Positions 1-10,871 of a stretch of DNA of 64,000 nt are shown here, piece after piece. The translations under genes and the position numbers were made by a program. Each line of letters begins with the position of its first letter. Positions within the stretch are counted from its first letter, which is position 1. Origin of the DNA: a bacterium (lineage in GTDB: Bacteria; Electryoneota; Electryoneia; Electryoneales; Electryoneaceae); contig CAXXKJ010000002.1 in assembly GCA_963675295.2 (NCBI GenBank), forward strand, positions 2,816,001 through 2,880,000, in the 5' to 3' direction. The notes below the pieces were generated by a model. It did not search any database. It was not told where the DNA came from and saw only the letters and a list, made by a program, of their open reading frames with translations.

Positions 1-1099
1 CGCTCACCACCAACAGGAACTGCAGCTTGTCGAACAGGTTCGGCTGCGCTTCGGGGTCGCGCGCGGAGATGGAATACAGCAACAGGCCCAGAATCAAGAC
101 CAGCAGCAGGTCGAACCCGATCAACACGTCCCGGTCAACCAGAATACCGGTACCGGACACCATGATCGCCACGATGTAACTCAGCAACAGCAGGGTAAAT
201 AAGGGCGTGAACAGCCGGGTCAACACCGGCGCCATGTTTTCAATGATGCTCTGTTTCGCTTCCACCAGCCAGCTGCTGATGACCACCGCACCGGCAATTC
301 CGCACGGGATCAGCCACGTCGTGACGAACGGTTCCGCATCCAGCCCGATGGATTCAAACAGCAGCACGGTAAATCCGGTCAGCACCCCGCCGCCCAACGC
401 GATCAGCGCCAGGTAGATCACCCACTCCCCGGAGAAACGCACGAAGTTCATCCGCTGGGTGTGACTTCGCCATCGGCCGCCCATGTACGCATAGCCAACG
501 GCAAACCACAACGCAATCGGCAGGTGGATCGCAGCCAGCAATTCAGTGGAACCAAGCTGCGCGAATGGGATAGCGTTCATCAGCACAGCGGAAGCCACAA
601 ACGGTGCGGCGAGATAGTACAACTGCCGCTGTTCAAACCTCCTGCGGATCGCGAAGAACGCCGCCAGGAACGGCAGGATTAATAGACTGATGTGGCGTGC
701 GTAAAACGAGGCGTCTGCCGGATCGTCCCCGAACTCCACCCCGAAAAGCTGCGGCAGCTTGATCGCGACTGCCGCGCCAATCGCGAATCCAAACGCGATG
801 ATGCTATCCTTTGCTACTCCGTCGGTATCCACTTCCGGCCCGGAGGGCATCAACTGCTTCCACAACCGTTCGGAATACTCGCGCGCGAATTCGCGTGACA
901 GAGAATGCGTGTCGCCCAACCGTTTCACCGCGACGAGAAACGCTTCCTCTTCGTTCAGACCAACCTCTAGCAGTGCCTCAATCTGCGACCGGAGGTGATC
1001 CTCCAACTCTTCCGTATCAACATGATGGATCGACGGATGCCGGTCAAGGTGCTGCCGCCATTCGCCGATTCGTTCTTCTATCGAGTGATGTGTGTCCAT
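1..1099 (-). CDS. permease-prefix-domain membrane protein (DUF4153-like), runs off the left window edge
   Basis: Absent from the ORF track (no stop in window). Hand translation from ATG 1099 gives MDTHHSIEERIGEWRQHL...ELEDHLRSQIEALLEVGLNEEEAFLVAVKRLG...SREFAREYSERLWKQL, a permease prefix domain, then hydrophobic segments. Lies directly downstream of padR, the usual context. Confidence 0.85.
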   Translation of the reverse strand, partial: MDTHHSIEERIGEWRQHLDRHPSIHHVDTEELEDHLRSQIEALLEVGLNEEEAFLVAVKRLGDTHSLSREFAREYSERLWKQLMPSGPEVDTDGVAKDSIIAFGFAIGAAVAIKLPQLFGVEFGDDPADASFYARHISLLILPFLAAFFAIRRRFEQRQLYYLAAPFVASAVLMNAIPFAQLGSTELLAAIHLPIALWFAVGYAYMGGRWRSHTQRMNFVRFSGEWVIYLALIALGGGVLTGFTVLLFESIGLDAEPFVTTWLIPCGIAGAVVISSWLVEAKQSIIENMAPVLTRLFTPLFTLLLLSYIVAIMVSGTGILVDRDVLIGFDLLLVLILGLLLYSISARDPEAQPNLFDKLQFLLVVS

Positions 1100-1124
1100 C
1101 CGTGAACCTCTGTGGGATTGCAAC

Positions 1125-1478
1125 TCATGTACCCAAGACCATGGGATTGACCTGACCGTCCCAGATGTCACGCAGCGCAGCGTCAACCACGGTCCACTGC
1201 CGCCTGTGACGTGCCAGTTCCTCACGTCCCTGCTCGGTCAACCGGTAATATTTCCGCCGCCGGCCGGTTTCGGATTTGCCCCAGAACGCCGTGATGAAAC
1301 CATTGCGTTCAAGGCGATGCAGCAACGGGTACAGCATCCCGTCCGCCCACTGCAGTTCCCCACCGGTCAACTCGCCCACTCTCTTGATGATCGCGTAGCC
1401 GTAACTTTCGCCCTCCCCGAGAATCGCGAGTACCATCGGCGTTGCCGATGCCGCAACCAGATCCTTGCCAATGTCCAT
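1125..1478 (-). CDS. PadR family transcriptional regulator
   Basis: ESYGYAIIKRV...GMLYPLLHRLE...RRRKYYRLTEQG PadR winged-helix motifs. Confidence 0.95.
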   Translation of the reverse strand: MDIGKDLVAASATPMVLAILGEGESYGYAIIKRVGELTGGELQWADGMLYPLLHRLERNGFITAFWGKSETGRRRKYYRLTEQGREELARHRRQWTVVDAALRDIWDGQVNPMVLGT

Positions 1479-1537
1479 CGTCCGTCCTCGTCACAATTCC
1501 GGCTTACGATACCTTCCGCCGTCATCCATAGAACCAT

Positions 1538-1560
1538 TATACATTGCTCTACTATGTATA
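1538..1560. promoter_or_regulatory. putative PadR autoregulatory operator (TATACAT-N9-ATGTATA)
   Basis: Perfect 7-bp inverted repeat 60 bp upstream of the padR start, with an overlapping degenerate copy to its left (ATCCATAG...ATACAT). Confidence 0.55.
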
Positions 1561-1791
1561 TGCAACACTGGATTCCACCTCAGTGCTCGCTCGTGGATAG
1601 AAGGTCTAAGGACTTAGTTACGCGTCAGATATGAATTGAAACGGAATCGTCGAGAGGGTACCACAAGTAGGATCAGAACAGGAGCTCAATCAAGTTATGA
1701 CTACCTGTTTTACCAATGGAAACAACTGGAGGAGGGATCGGAATCGACCACATCCGGGAAGAGGCCCTCTCCCCGGATGCGGTAAGCGGTT

Positions 1792-2988
1792 TTACATCAC
1801 AAACGTCATTTTCCGGACTTCCACCACATCCTGCGTCTCGAGTCGAATGAAGTACACACCCGACGCAGCTTCCGTTCCATAACGCGTCAACCCGTTCCAG
1901 CTGGACACATGCCGCCCCGCTGACAACGTTCCATCCAGCAACGAAGCGACCTGCCGTCCGAGCACATCGACCACGGTCAAGTGCACCTCTCCGGGCGTTG
2001 CCAGGGTAAACGGAATCAACGTAGTCAGGTTGAACGGATTCGGGGAGTTCTGCGCCAGCTCCGTCCGCAGTGGGATCGGTGTGGCGAATTCTGGCACGTC
2101 GCTGGTGAAACCGCTGATGGTTCGTATGGTCTGGGTGGTGAAATCGGAAACATACAGCGTGTCGCCGGTGGCGTTGGGAACGATCCCATTCGGCTGTGAA
2201 AAGCGTGCGGAGAGCGCATCACCGTCCACATGACCCGCAATCCCGCACCCAGCGAAGACACTAAGTTCGCCATCCAGCGAGATGCGGTAGACATAGTTCA
2301 CCGCGATCCCGGTGGCGTACAGGTAGCCGGACGCATAGGTCAGGAAGCCGCACGCGTAATCTCCGCCCCACAGGTCCCCGGACGGAACAGCCGCGATTTC
2401 AACCAACTGGTCGCCGTCTACACGCAGCACCTTGCCATCATTGAAGTTTGCTATGTACAGCCGGTCGTCGTCGTCATACGTCATCCCCAGCGGACCGTTC
2501 AGCTCGCCACCTGAGATCCAGTAGCTGACCGTGCCATCCGGCGCCAGCTTGTAGATCTGGTTCAACGCATAGCTGGCGACGATCAACGTGTCGCTGTCCG
2601 CTTCAAAGATGACGCCATTGGGATTGGTGATCGTAGGACCGTACTGCGTGGTTGTACCTGCTGGATCGATCTTGAAGATCGCATGATCCCAGGTGGACGC
2701 GAGGTAAATGTTATCATTCGCGTCGATTGTCATCCCGTTTGGATGATTGAACCCGGTCGCGAACGGGGACACATTTCCAGCCGGTGTCACCTTGTATACC
2801 GTGGTCCCCTCGAAATCACACCCGAACAGATTTCCCTGCGAATCGAGGACAAGTCCGTCCGTGATACCGCAACCGGGACCGGCGAGTGTGCCGACTGTTT
2901 GGCTTTGACCAGAAACACTGAAGCTGAACACCATGGAAAGAACCACCAATAAACCAGCCGTAAACCGTAGCATGAACCATTCCCCCAT
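1792..2988 (-). CDS. secreted NHL/SMP-30-like beta-propeller protein with C-terminal sorting (T9SS-A/FlgD-Ig-like) domain
   Basis: Signal peptide, repeated P-x-G-x-x-x-D/E blades, NHL-type AGCGIAGHVDGDALSARFSQPNGI, C-terminal QNSPNPFN...WNG...ASGVYFIRL. Confidence 0.85.
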   Translation of the reverse strand: MGEWFMLRFTAGLLVVLSMVFSFSVSGQSQTVGTLAGPGCGITDGLVLDSQGNLFGCDFEGTTVYKVTPAGNVSPFATGFNHPNGMTIDANDNIYLASTWDHAIFKIDPAGTTTQYGPTITNPNGVIFEADSDTLIVASYALNQIYKLAPDGTVSYWISGGELNGPLGMTYDDDDRLYIANFNDGKVLRVDGDQLVEIAAVPSGDLWGGDYACGFLTYASGYLYATGIAVNYVYRISLDGELSVFAGCGIAGHVDGDALSARFSQPNGIVPNATGDTLYVSDFTTQTIRTISGFTSDVPEFATPIPLRTELAQNSPNPFNLTTLIPFTLATPGEVHLTVVDVLGRQVASLLDGTLSAGRHVSSWNGLTRYGTEAASGVYFIRLETQDVVEVRKMTFVM

Positions 2989-3189
2989 CGTTTCGTGACC
3001 GTGTCAATCCAAAAGGGTGTGTTCTATCGCCGACATGTGGATCGGGCCTTCAGAATTCAAAGGCCATTGGGATCAGGAATTGTCCCATTTGGCACTAGGA
3101 CGTATGAGAGGCAGAGAAGGTAACAAAACTCCGGAGAGCGGTTTGTGCGGTGAGTTGAACGAGTAAAACAAATCGATCAATCGTTCTTG

Positions 3190-3666
3190 CTATGCTAGCA
3201 CCATCACGTATTCATCGATTTCCCGGCCGCGAGCATTCGCGTAGCCGGAATCCGTGCGATCAACCGTGAATCCGCACTTCTCGAGGACGCGGACTGAGGC
3301 AGTGTTGTCGCAGGCAACCCGTGCATACATCGGACGTTCGGTCTGGATCTCGAGAAATTGCTTCAGTGCTTCGGTCGCAATCCCTCTCCCCCAGAACGGT
3401 TTTCCTATCCAGTAGCTGACTTCCGGCGTGTCTTCCATGACATAACTCAGCACTGATCCCGCAATCACGCCCTCGACCAGGATCGTGCGGATGTGGACTG
3501 TTGCGGAGTTCAGGGTTTTCTCCCAGTGCTGATCGAAGGCCTCACGGTCGCGGGGATCCTTGGCGGTAAAGGCAGCCATCTGATTCGCATCGGGATCGAG
3601 CTGGAATTTGAAGAAAAGTGGCAGGTCGTCGTGTTCAACAGGTCTCAGCTGGATATCGTCGCGCAT
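3190..3666 (-). CDS. GNAT N-acetyltransferase, RimJ/RimL-like
   Basis: VSYWIGKPFWGRGIATEAL and NTASVRVLEKCGF motifs. Start moved to MRDDIQLRP. Confidence 0.9.
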   Translation of the reverse strand: MRDDIQLRPVEHDDLPLFFKFQLDPDANQMAAFTAKDPRDREAFDQHWEKTLNSATVHIRTILVEGVIAGSVLSYVMEDTPEVSYWIGKPFWGRGIATEALKQFLEIQTERPMYARVACDNTASVRVLEKCGFTVDRTDSGYANARGREIDEYVMVLA

Positions 3667-3848
3667 GGGATGCCTCGATTCAGATACAGGAGTATGGGTG
3701 GCACGAGTATAGCGAAAAAACAGCTTGGCTGTCTTGGTAATCCGCAACTAAATCTGTTATTTAAGGCATTCCTTACTCGTCGTCCCGATGATAACGCAAC
3801 GCAAATCCGCCTGCCCAAAGAGTTGACCCGTTGCAGGAAGGTCCAACA

Positions 3849-4766
3849 ATGTCCCCCACCGAGCCATTCAAAGTCGCCGCGGTCCAGGATTCTCCCGTGT
3901 ATCTCGACAAAGCTGCGACAGTCGCCAAAGCTTGCGACCTGATCCAGAAAGCCGCGTCCGAGGGCGCGAAACTGGTTGTTTTTCCCGAGGTATACATTGC
4001 CGGCTACCCCGACTGGGTGTGGACCGTGCCGGCGTCGAACAAAGCATTGATCAGCAGTTTGTACGACGAATTGTGGCAAAACGCGGTAAGCGTGCCGGAT
4101 GGCGCCACCGATCAGCTTTGTACTGCCGCGAAGGACAACAGTGTCTATGTCACAATCGGCATCAACGAACGCAACACGGAAGCCAGCAACGCCAGCCTGT
4201 TCAACTCACTGCTCTACATCAATGCGGAGGGGCAAATCCTCGGCACGCACCGCAAGTTGATCCCGACTGGCGGTGAACGCCTGATGTGGTCGCGAGGTGC
4301 CGGTGACACGATGCTGTCCTTCGACACACCGATCGGAAAGCTTGGCGGCCTGCTTTGCTGGGAGAATTTCATGCCGTTGGCGCGCACGGTGATGTACCAG
4401 GCCGGTGTTCAGGTATATGTTGCTGCAACGTGGGATTCGTCCGAAGCGTGGCAAACCGCGATGCGATTCATCGCGCGCGAGGGTGGAATGTATGTGATCA
4501 GCTGTGCTCCGGCGATGAAAATGGATGATCTGCCGGACCGGTTTGAATTCAAGCAATTCTATCCGGCGGGTCGGGAGTGGATCAACAAGGGCAATAGCCT
4601 CATCGTCGATCCGGGAGGAAAAATCATCGTTGGCCCGGTGACTTCGGAACAGACGATCCTCTACGCCGACATTGACCTCGGCGCGATCCGCTCGCAGAAA
4701 TGGCTGTTTGACGCCGCCGGGCATTACTCCCGGCCGGATGTGTTCGAGTTCCGATTGCGTCAGTAG
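3849..4766 (+). CDS. nitrilase (carbon-nitrogen hydrolase family)
   Basis: Catalytic E-K-C triad in FPEVYIAGYP, HRKLIPT, LLCWEN; C-terminal GHYSRPDVF. Confidence 0.92.
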   Translation: MSPTEPFKVAAVQDSPVYLDKAATVAKACDLIQKAASEGAKLVVFPEVYIAGYPDWVWTVPASNKALISSLYDELWQNAVSVPDGATDQLCTAAKDNSVYVTIGINERNTEASNASLFNSLLYINAEGQILGTHRKLIPTGGERLMWSRGAGDTMLSFDTPIGKLGGLLCWENFMPLARTVMYQAGVQVYVAATWDSSEAWQTAMRFIAREGGMYVISCAPAMKMDDLPDRFEFKQFYPAGREWINKGNSLIVDPGGKIIVGPVTSEQTILYADIDLGAIRSQKWLFDAAGHYSRPDVFEFRLRQ

Positions 4767-5632
4767 TGATTCGGGATCGTGATGAATTTGTCCATCGGCG
4801 GACGTTCATACTCTTCCTGTTCCGGCCGTGGCGGCAACTCGAACGGTTCCGGGCTCAGATCTTCGTAGTCGAACATCGACAGCAGGTGACGGATGGTGTT
4901 CAACCGCGCCCGTTTCTTATCGTCAGACGGCACATCAAACCAGCGCGCTTCCTCGATGTCGGTGTAGAAGAACATTTCATCCTTCGCCTTGGAATACTCG
5001 ACCCATTTTGCTCGGGAGGTGAGATCCATCGGCGACAACTTCCACCGTTTGGTTGCGTCCTTCAGTCTCGCCTGAAAACGTTTTTCCTGCTCGTCGTCAC
5101 TGACCGAAAACCAGTATTTGAACAGCTTGATCCCGCTACGGACAATCATCCGCTCGAATTGAGGACAAGACCGGAGAAACTCCCTGTACTCATCGTCGGA
5201 GCAGAAGCCCATCACTCGTTCTACGCCGGCGCGATTGTACCAGGAACGATCAAAAAAGACCATTTCGCCGGCGGACGGCAGGTGGGCGATGTAGCGTTGA
5301 AAGTACCATTGGGTGCGTTCCCGGTCGGACGGCTTGTCCAACGCGACGACACGCGCACCGCGTGGATTCAGCGGCTCGATGATGCGTTTGATCGTTCCAC
5401 CCTTGCCCGCAGCGTCACGTCCTTCAAAGAGAACTACAACGCGTTTACCTGTTTCCTTGATCCAGTATTGCAGCTTGACCAGCTCGATATGCAACCGGCG
5501 CAGCTCTTTTTCATATGCCTTGCGTTTCAACTTGTGGTCAGGATAAGTATGCGCATTGTTCCTGCTTGAGTTGGTGTTTTCAGCAGAGAGATCCTTCCCT
5601 TCCGTACGTCCATCTTCTTTGTGCTTGCTCAT
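4760..5632 (-). CDS. ppk2: polyphosphate kinase 2 (class I-like)
   Basis: FEGRDAAGKGG Walker A, DRSWYNRAGVERVMGF, WKLSPMD, DDKKRARLN. Start uncertain. Confidence 0.95.
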   Translation of the reverse strand: MSKHKEDGRTEGKDLSAENTNSSRNNAHTYPDHKLKRKAYEKELRRLHIELVKLQYWIKETGKRVVVLFEGRDAAGKGGTIKRIIEPLNPRGARVVALDKPSDRERTQWYFQRYIAHLPSAGEMVFFDRSWYNRAGVERVMGFCSDDEYREFLRSCPQFERMIVRSGIKLFKYWFSVSDDEQEKRFQARLKDATKRWKLSPMDLTSRAKWVEYSKAKDEMFFYTDIEEARWFDVPSDDKKRARLNTIRHLLSMFDYEDLSPEPFELPPRPEQEEYERPPMDKFITIPNHY

Positions 5633-6088
5633 CGAATTCTTCCACCTGTTCATCGTTCCAGTTCTTCCACCGTCGCATCGGGCCGATGATGGAATGTGGT
5701 GCAAATCGGCGCAAAATTGTGCTGCCTGTTCCTTTCGCCATCATGGTTTGGAGCCTCAGGCCACCGAGAGAGCTGATTTGCCTCTCTGATATTTTATTTC
5801 CATTTTACTTTATGGATGTTCGGGCTGGGCATCGGCTCTGCATTTAGTATTGTAAATATAAGTAATTACTAAGGTTATAATATTCTTTACCATCCTTCAG
5901 CCGTACCTTGCAACGGCAACGTGCAAGATGTACTTTGTGAAAAGAAGAACGACAATGCGCAGGCATTGTCCAGCATCATCCAGAAACGGGTTCTACCAGG
6001 AACTCCGTTTTGAGTTTACAAGCGATTTTAATTCGGATCTGCATCCGCGCAACAGCGTTTGATGCAACATGTGTTTAGGAGACTCCCC

Positions 6089-8374
6089 ATGAGATATGAA
6101 CGCGAGGCGATTGAGTATCATTCGTCGCCACGCCCCGGCAAGATTGAGGTACGCCCGATCAAGCCCTGCTCCACCCAGCACGACCTTTCGCTTGCTTACA
6201 CACCCGGTGTCGCTGTCCCCTGCCTGGAGATTGAAAAGAACCCTGAGCTCGCCTATTCGTACACGTCAAAGGGCAATCTTGTCGGTGTCGTTTCAAATGG
6301 CACGGCTGTTCTTGGGCTTGGCGATATCGGCGCACTGGCCGGCAAACCGGTGATGGAAGGCAAGGGCGTATTGTTTAAGCGGTTTGCCGGAGTTGACGTG
6401 TTCGATCTCGAATTGGACACAAAGGACCCGGAAGAAATCATCCGCACCTGCGAGATCCTCGCCCCCACGCTTGGCGGAATCAACCTTGAGGACATCAAGG
6501 CGCCTGAGTGTTTCCATATCGAGGAAACGCTGAAGGAACGGCTTGATATTCCTGTTTTTCACGACGACCAGCACGGCACGGCGATCATCTCCGGGGCGGC
6601 GTTGATTAATGCGCTCGACCTGATCGGAAAGGACATCGCCAAGATCAAGGTCGTGTTCAACGGTGCCGGAGCCGCGGGGATTGCTTGCGCGAAGTTTTAC
6701 GAGACGTTGGGTGTCTCGCACGAAAACATCATCCTCTGCGATTCCAAAGGCGTGCTGTACACCGGTCGTGAAGATCTCGACCCGGCCCACCCGCGCTACA
6801 ACAAGTACAAGGCTTATTTCGCCCAGAAGACGGACTTGCGCACGCTTGGCGAGGCAATGGAGGGTGCGGATGCCTTCGCCGGCGTTTCCGTTGCGGATTG
6901 CGTAACCCAGGATATGGTCCGCGCCATGGCGGAAAATCCAATCATCTTCGCGATGGCGAATCCGGATCCGGAAATCACCTATCCGGACGCCGTCGCCGCC
7001 CGTGACGATGTGATTATGGCGACCGGACGCTCGGATTATCCGAACCAGGTGAACAACGTGCTCGGTTTCCCGTTCATCTTCCGCGGTGCCTTAGATGTTC
7101 GCGCGCGTGGTATCAATGAGGAGATGAAATCAGCCGCTGCTCATTCCCTCGCCGCGCTCGCGAAGGAAGATGTTCCCGACAGTGTACTCCGCGCCTATCA
7201 CGTGGAAAAGATGCATTTCGGCAAGGAGTACCTGATCCCGAAGCCGTTTGACCCGCGTGTTCTGACATGGGAAGCTGTCGCCGTTGCCAAGGCTGCGGTG
7301 GAAACCGGTGTTGCCCGTCAACCGATCAAAGACTGGGACGAATACCGGGAACGCCTCGAGCAGTATCTCAGCGGTGACCGGACAACGCTCCGCCGCATCA
7401 TTCGCCGGGCGAAGCAGGAACCGCAACGAATCGTATTCGCTGAAGGAACCGGCGAAAAGATTCTTCGTGCCGCGCAGCTTGTCATTGATGAACGGATCGG
7501 GACGCCGGTGCTGCTCGGTTCCCCGGACGTTATCGAGGAACGGCGGAAAGAACTGGGCCTGACCCTTGACGGCGCGGATGTTATCAACCCGGAATCCTCA
7601 CCGTTTTACAGCGGCTACGTCGAAGAGTATTATCGACTGCGGCAGCGTAAAGGTGTCAACCTCGAGGAAGCTCGGCGTGACATGCGTTCGCGTGATTACT
7701 TCGGACCGATGATGGTTCGCATGGGCGATGCGGATGTATTCATGTCTGACCAGTCCAGACATTATCCGAACATGTTGCGACCGATGCTCAAGGTGATGTC
7801 GGACCGTCTCGAAGGGCGGATGCTGTGCGGCGTGATGATGATAACCATCGACCACAAGGACTATTTCCTGGCGGACACAGCGGTCAACGTGGATCCGTCA
7901 GTGGAAGAAATCGTCGGTATCACCGAAGAGCTGCACAACCTTGTCATCGGGCTCGGCATGACGGTACCCCGGATTGCCTTGTTGTCGTTCAGCAACTTTG
8001 GCAGTGTGCGTTCTGCTTCGAGCAACAAGATGCGGTCAGCAGTTGAACAGCTCTGGGAGAAGCATCCGGACTGGCAGGTTGACGGCGAAGTCCAGGCAGA
8101 CATCGCGGTGAGTCCCGAACGGTTGAAAACCGGATATCCTTTCACGAAGATCCCGAATGGCGCAAATTGCCTCGTCTTTCCGAATCTCGATTCGGCGAAC
8201 ACGAGTTTCCGGCTGTTGTCGAGCCTTGGGCATGCGTCAAAGACCGGCCCGCTGATGGCTGGTCTTGATCTTCCCATGCACATTCTTTTGCCTGGGTTGG
8301 ACGTAAATGATATCGTTGATCTGGCAGCAATTGGCGTAAACCAGGCGATGGCTCGCAAACGGCAACAAGGATAG
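6089..8374 (+). CDS. maeB: NADP-dependent malic enzyme with C-terminal phosphotransacetylase-like domain
   Basis: [55 protein letters not shown], then PTA-like RIVFAEG...DGEVQAD...[16 protein letters not shown]. Confidence 0.95.
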   Translation: MRYEREAIEYHSSPRPGKIEVRPIKPCSTQHDLSLAYTPGVAVPCLEIEKNPELAYSYTSKGNLVGVVSNGTAVLGLGDIGALAGKPVMEGKGVLFKRFAGVDVFDLELDTKDPEEIIRTCEILAPTLGGINLEDIKAPECFHIEETLKERLDIPVFHDDQHGTAIISGAALINALDLIGKDIAKIKVVFNGAGAAGIACAKFYETLGVSHENIILCDSKGVLYTGREDLDPAHPRYNKYKAYFAQKTDLRTLGEAMEGADAFAGVSVADCVTQDMVRAMAENPIIFAMANPDPEITYPDAVAARDDVIMATGRSDYPNQVNNVLGFPFIFRGALDVRARGINEEMKSAAAHSLAALAKEDVPDSVLRAYHVEKMHFGKEYLIPKPFDPRVLTWEAVAVAKAAVETGVARQPIKDWDEYRERLEQYLSGDRTTLRRIIRRAKQEPQRIVFAEGTGEKILRAAQLVIDERIGTPVLLGSPDVIEERRKELGLTLDGADVINPESSPFYSGYVEEYYRLRQRKGVNLEEARRDMRSRDYFGPMMVRMGDADVFMSDQSRHYPNMLRPMLKVMSDRLEGRMLCGVMMITIDHKDYFLADTAVNVDPSVEEIVGITEELHNLVIGLGMTVPRIALLSFSNFGSVRSASSNKMRSAVEQLWEKHPDWQVDGEVQADIAVSPERLKTGYPFTKIPNGANCLVFPNLDSANTSFRLLSSLGHASKTGPLMAGLDLPMHILLPGLDVNDIVDLAAIGVNQAMARKRQQG

Positions 8375-8435
8375 CTCTGAGTTCGCTTCGGTGTGCTGGC
8401 AAGGCAGACTGGCGTGAATTCGTTGATTTCGGCGT

Positions 8436-8510
8436 GGTGGAACCGATATTGTATATATCGAAAAGGGTATATACAACCAGGTTCCACCCGCATTGTCACC
8501 TACGTGACAA
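8436..8510. promoter_or_regulatory. inverted-repeat cluster upstream of the oad operon
   Basis: GGTGGAACC-N4-TTGTATATA-N10-TATATACAA-N3-GGTTCCACC (8436-8488), then TTGTCAC-N4-GTGACAA (8493-8510). Confidence 0.5.
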
Positions 8511-8634
8511 GTTGCACAGACTTTGCACGAAGTGCTGAAATACCCGAACACCAATCGCCCGGAACGGGAGACCCCGGTTTCGTGAGTGTCCGTCAAAAGC
8601 GTACTTTCTCAGCCTGAAACACAGGGAGGGTATC

Positions 8635-8913
8635 TTGCACGAGAATCTCGTCATGATCTGTATCACGGCGTTCACGGCCGTGTTTTCACTGCTCGCCTTA
8701 CTTGCTGCTGTCATGGAGGGTATTACTCGTCTCGCCGCCGCGCCGGCGACCGCGACGGTGAAGAAGGCCGCCCCTCCGGCAGCGTCATCCCCCAAAGCCA
8801 CTCCTGCACCGTCCGTAGCGACCCACGATCAAGCCCGGATCGCCGCAATTTCGTCCGCGTACAGGAGATTATTCCCAGACAAGTCCGTCATACATATCGA
8901 GGAAATAGGCTGA
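8635..8913 (+). CDS. oadG: Na+-translocating decarboxylase gamma subunit (OadG-like)
   Basis: Single N-terminal TM (VFSLLALLAAVM), Ala/Pro linker, IAAISSA motif, GGGAGG RBS with TTG start, first gene before oadA and oadB. Confidence 0.8.
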   Translation: MHENLVMICITAFTAVFSLLALLAAVMEGITRLAAAPATATVKKAAPPAASSPKATPAPSVATHDQARIAAISSAYRRLFPDKSVIHIEEIG

Positions 8914-8962
8914 CCTGAACCCGATTCAGGCCAACCTGCCTAACGCAGGAGGCTTTAATCCG

Positions 8963-10861
8963 ATGATTTTCACTGAGAAGAAAAAGACCATCCGGGTCAT
9001 GCTCACCACGTTCCGCGATGGGTTTCAGAGTATGTTTGGCGGGAAGGTGCGCATTGACGACGTGCTCCCGGCGATGAAGGTTGCCGCCAAGGATGTCGGC
9101 GTCAAACACTTTGAGTTTGGCGGCGGTGCACGTTATCAGGCTCCGTATTTCTATTGTGGCGAAGATCCGTTTGAAACGATGCAGAAGATGCGTGACACGG
9201 TTGGTCCGGAACCGGATCTGCAGATCCTCACCCGTTCCATCTCCGGTGTGACGCTGACGACGCAGAACATCGACGCATTGAAGCTGCAGGCGAAGCTGCA
9301 CCAGAAGTATGGTACCACCTGGGACCGTAACTTCGACTTCATGAACGACGTCGACCTGCTGGCCAAGACCGGTCAGCCAATTGTTGACGCCGGCATGCAT
9401 CACCAGGTCTGTGTCGCGTTGATGGGTCTGCCGTTCGAATCCGACAAGGCGCACACGGCTGAGTTTTACATTAACGTCGCGAAGAAGATTATTGCCAGCG
9501 GCGTTCATTTCGACTCGTTGTGTCTCAAGGATGCGTCCGGTACGACCACACCGCACGTGGTTTACGAAGCCGCCAAGGGGATCAAGCCGTTGCTGCCGGA
9601 AGGTACTCCGCTGTGGTTCCACACGCATGATACCGCGTCGACGGCGGTTTCGTGCTACATGGCCGCAATCGAAGGTGGCGCCGACGGTATCGACCTGTCG
9701 AACCGTCCGCTGGCCAGCGGCACCGTGCAGCCGGATGTACGCTCCATGGCGCACGCACTCAAGGGGACCGGTTACGAGCTCGACATCGACCACACCAAGG
9801 TCATGTTGATTGAAGAAGCACTGACCGAAGGGCTCAAGGATTACAACTTCAATCCTGTGGTGACCAGTGCGGACGCCCGCGTGACCGGCTTCCCAATGCC
9901 GGGTGGCGCGATCGGGCCGAACGTGCACATGATGGTGAAGGCCGGCATTCTTGACCGCTACAGCGAAGTTCTGGCTGAGTTCCCGGTCGTGGTGAAGGCT
10001 GGTGGTGGCTGGACCTCTGTGACGCCGGGTTCCCAGCAGTACTGGCTGCAGGCGTTCAACAACGTGCTGCTCGGCCGTTGGGAAAAGATCGACCCGGGCT
10101 ACGGCAAATCCGTTCTCGGGTACTTCGGCAAGACCCCGTTGCCGTCCGATCCGGAAGTGGTCAAGATCGCCAGTGAACAGCTGAACCTGCCGGTTCTCGA
10201 GAAGAACCCGCTGGAAGTCGCGCCGGACAGCCTCGGCCCGGCAAAGGCCGAACTGGAGAAGCGTGGTTTGCCGACGGACGAGAAGAGCGTCTTCCTCGTG
10301 GCGGCGGCAAGTGTTCCGGGCAAGGATTTCGAGTTGAATGAAGGTATCCGTCTGCTCGAGAAGCGTCCGAAGATCGAGATTCCGCTCAAGAAGAAGGAAG
10401 AAGCGCCGAAGAAAGCCGCTCCGAAGGCCGCGGCTCCGGCAGCTGCTCCTGCCGCCGCTCCGGCGATGGTCAGTGGTCCGATGACGACCACCTGCACCGT
10501 GGTCGAAGGTGGCACCGCGCGTCAGTTCATGGTCATTGTGGACGCGCAGGGCAACGGTGGCGCGGCTCCGATGCCGATGGCAACGGGTGCGGCTCCGGCA
10601 GCAGCACCAGCTCCGGCGGCTGTGGCGGAAGCCACGGGTACCCCGGTGTATTCACCGTTTGATGGTGACAGCCCGCTGGTCGAGCTGAAGGTGAAGGTTG
10701 GTGACGCGGTCACGGAAGGCCAGATCCTGGGTGCGGTCGAAGCGATGAAGGCGAACTACAACTTCAAGTCTCCGGCTGATGGTACGGTAGGTGAGATTTT
10801 CTACCATCTCGGCGATGACGTTCCCGCCGGCGAACCGATTCTGACCATTCAGCCAAAGTAA
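8963..10861 (+). CDS. oadA: oxaloacetate decarboxylase alpha / pyruvate carboxylase B-type carboxyltransferase with biotin carrier domain
   Basis: TTFRDGFQS, CLKDASG, HTHDT, PGGAIG, SVTPGSQ, Ala/Pro linkers, C-terminal biotinyl domain with EAMK. Confidence 0.88.
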   Translation: MIFTEKKKTIRVMLTTFRDGFQSMFGGKVRIDDVLPAMKVAAKDVGVKHFEFGGGARYQAPYFYCGEDPFETMQKMRDTVGPEPDLQILTRSISGVTLTTQNIDALKLQAKLHQKYGTTWDRNFDFMNDVDLLAKTGQPIVDAGMHHQVCVALMGLPFESDKAHTAEFYINVAKKIIASGVHFDSLCLKDASGTTTPHVVYEAAKGIKPLLPEGTPLWFHTHDTASTAVSCYMAAIEGGADGIDLSNRPLASGTVQPDVRSMAHALKGTGYELDIDHTKVMLIEEALTEGLKDYNFNPVVTSADARVTGFPMPGGAIGPNVHMMVKAGILDRYSEVLAEFPVVVKAGGGWTSVTPGSQQYWLQAFNNVLLGRWEKIDPGYGKSVLGYFGKTPLPSDPEVVKIASEQLNLPVLEKNPLEVAPDSLGPAKAELEKRGLPTDEKSVFLVAAASVPGKDFELNEGIRLLEKRPKIEIPLKKKEEAPKKAAPKAAAPAAAPAAAPAMVSGPMTTTCTVVEGGTARQFMVIVDAQGNGGAAPMPMATGAAPAAAPAPAAVAEATGTPVYSPFDGDSPLVELKVKVGDAVTEGQILGAVEAMKANYNFKSPADGTVGEIFYHLGDDVPAGEPILTIQPK

Positions 10862-10871
10862 GGGAGACAGC

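Noticed and set aside
4760-4766. Antisense regulation from the 7-bp overlap of the nitrilase and ppk2 3' ends
   Set aside because: Short convergent stop-codon overlaps are common and nothing else supports a function.
8512-8527. Sigma54 promoter (TTGCACAGACTTTGCA) before oadG
   Set aside because: Lacks the invariant GG at -24.
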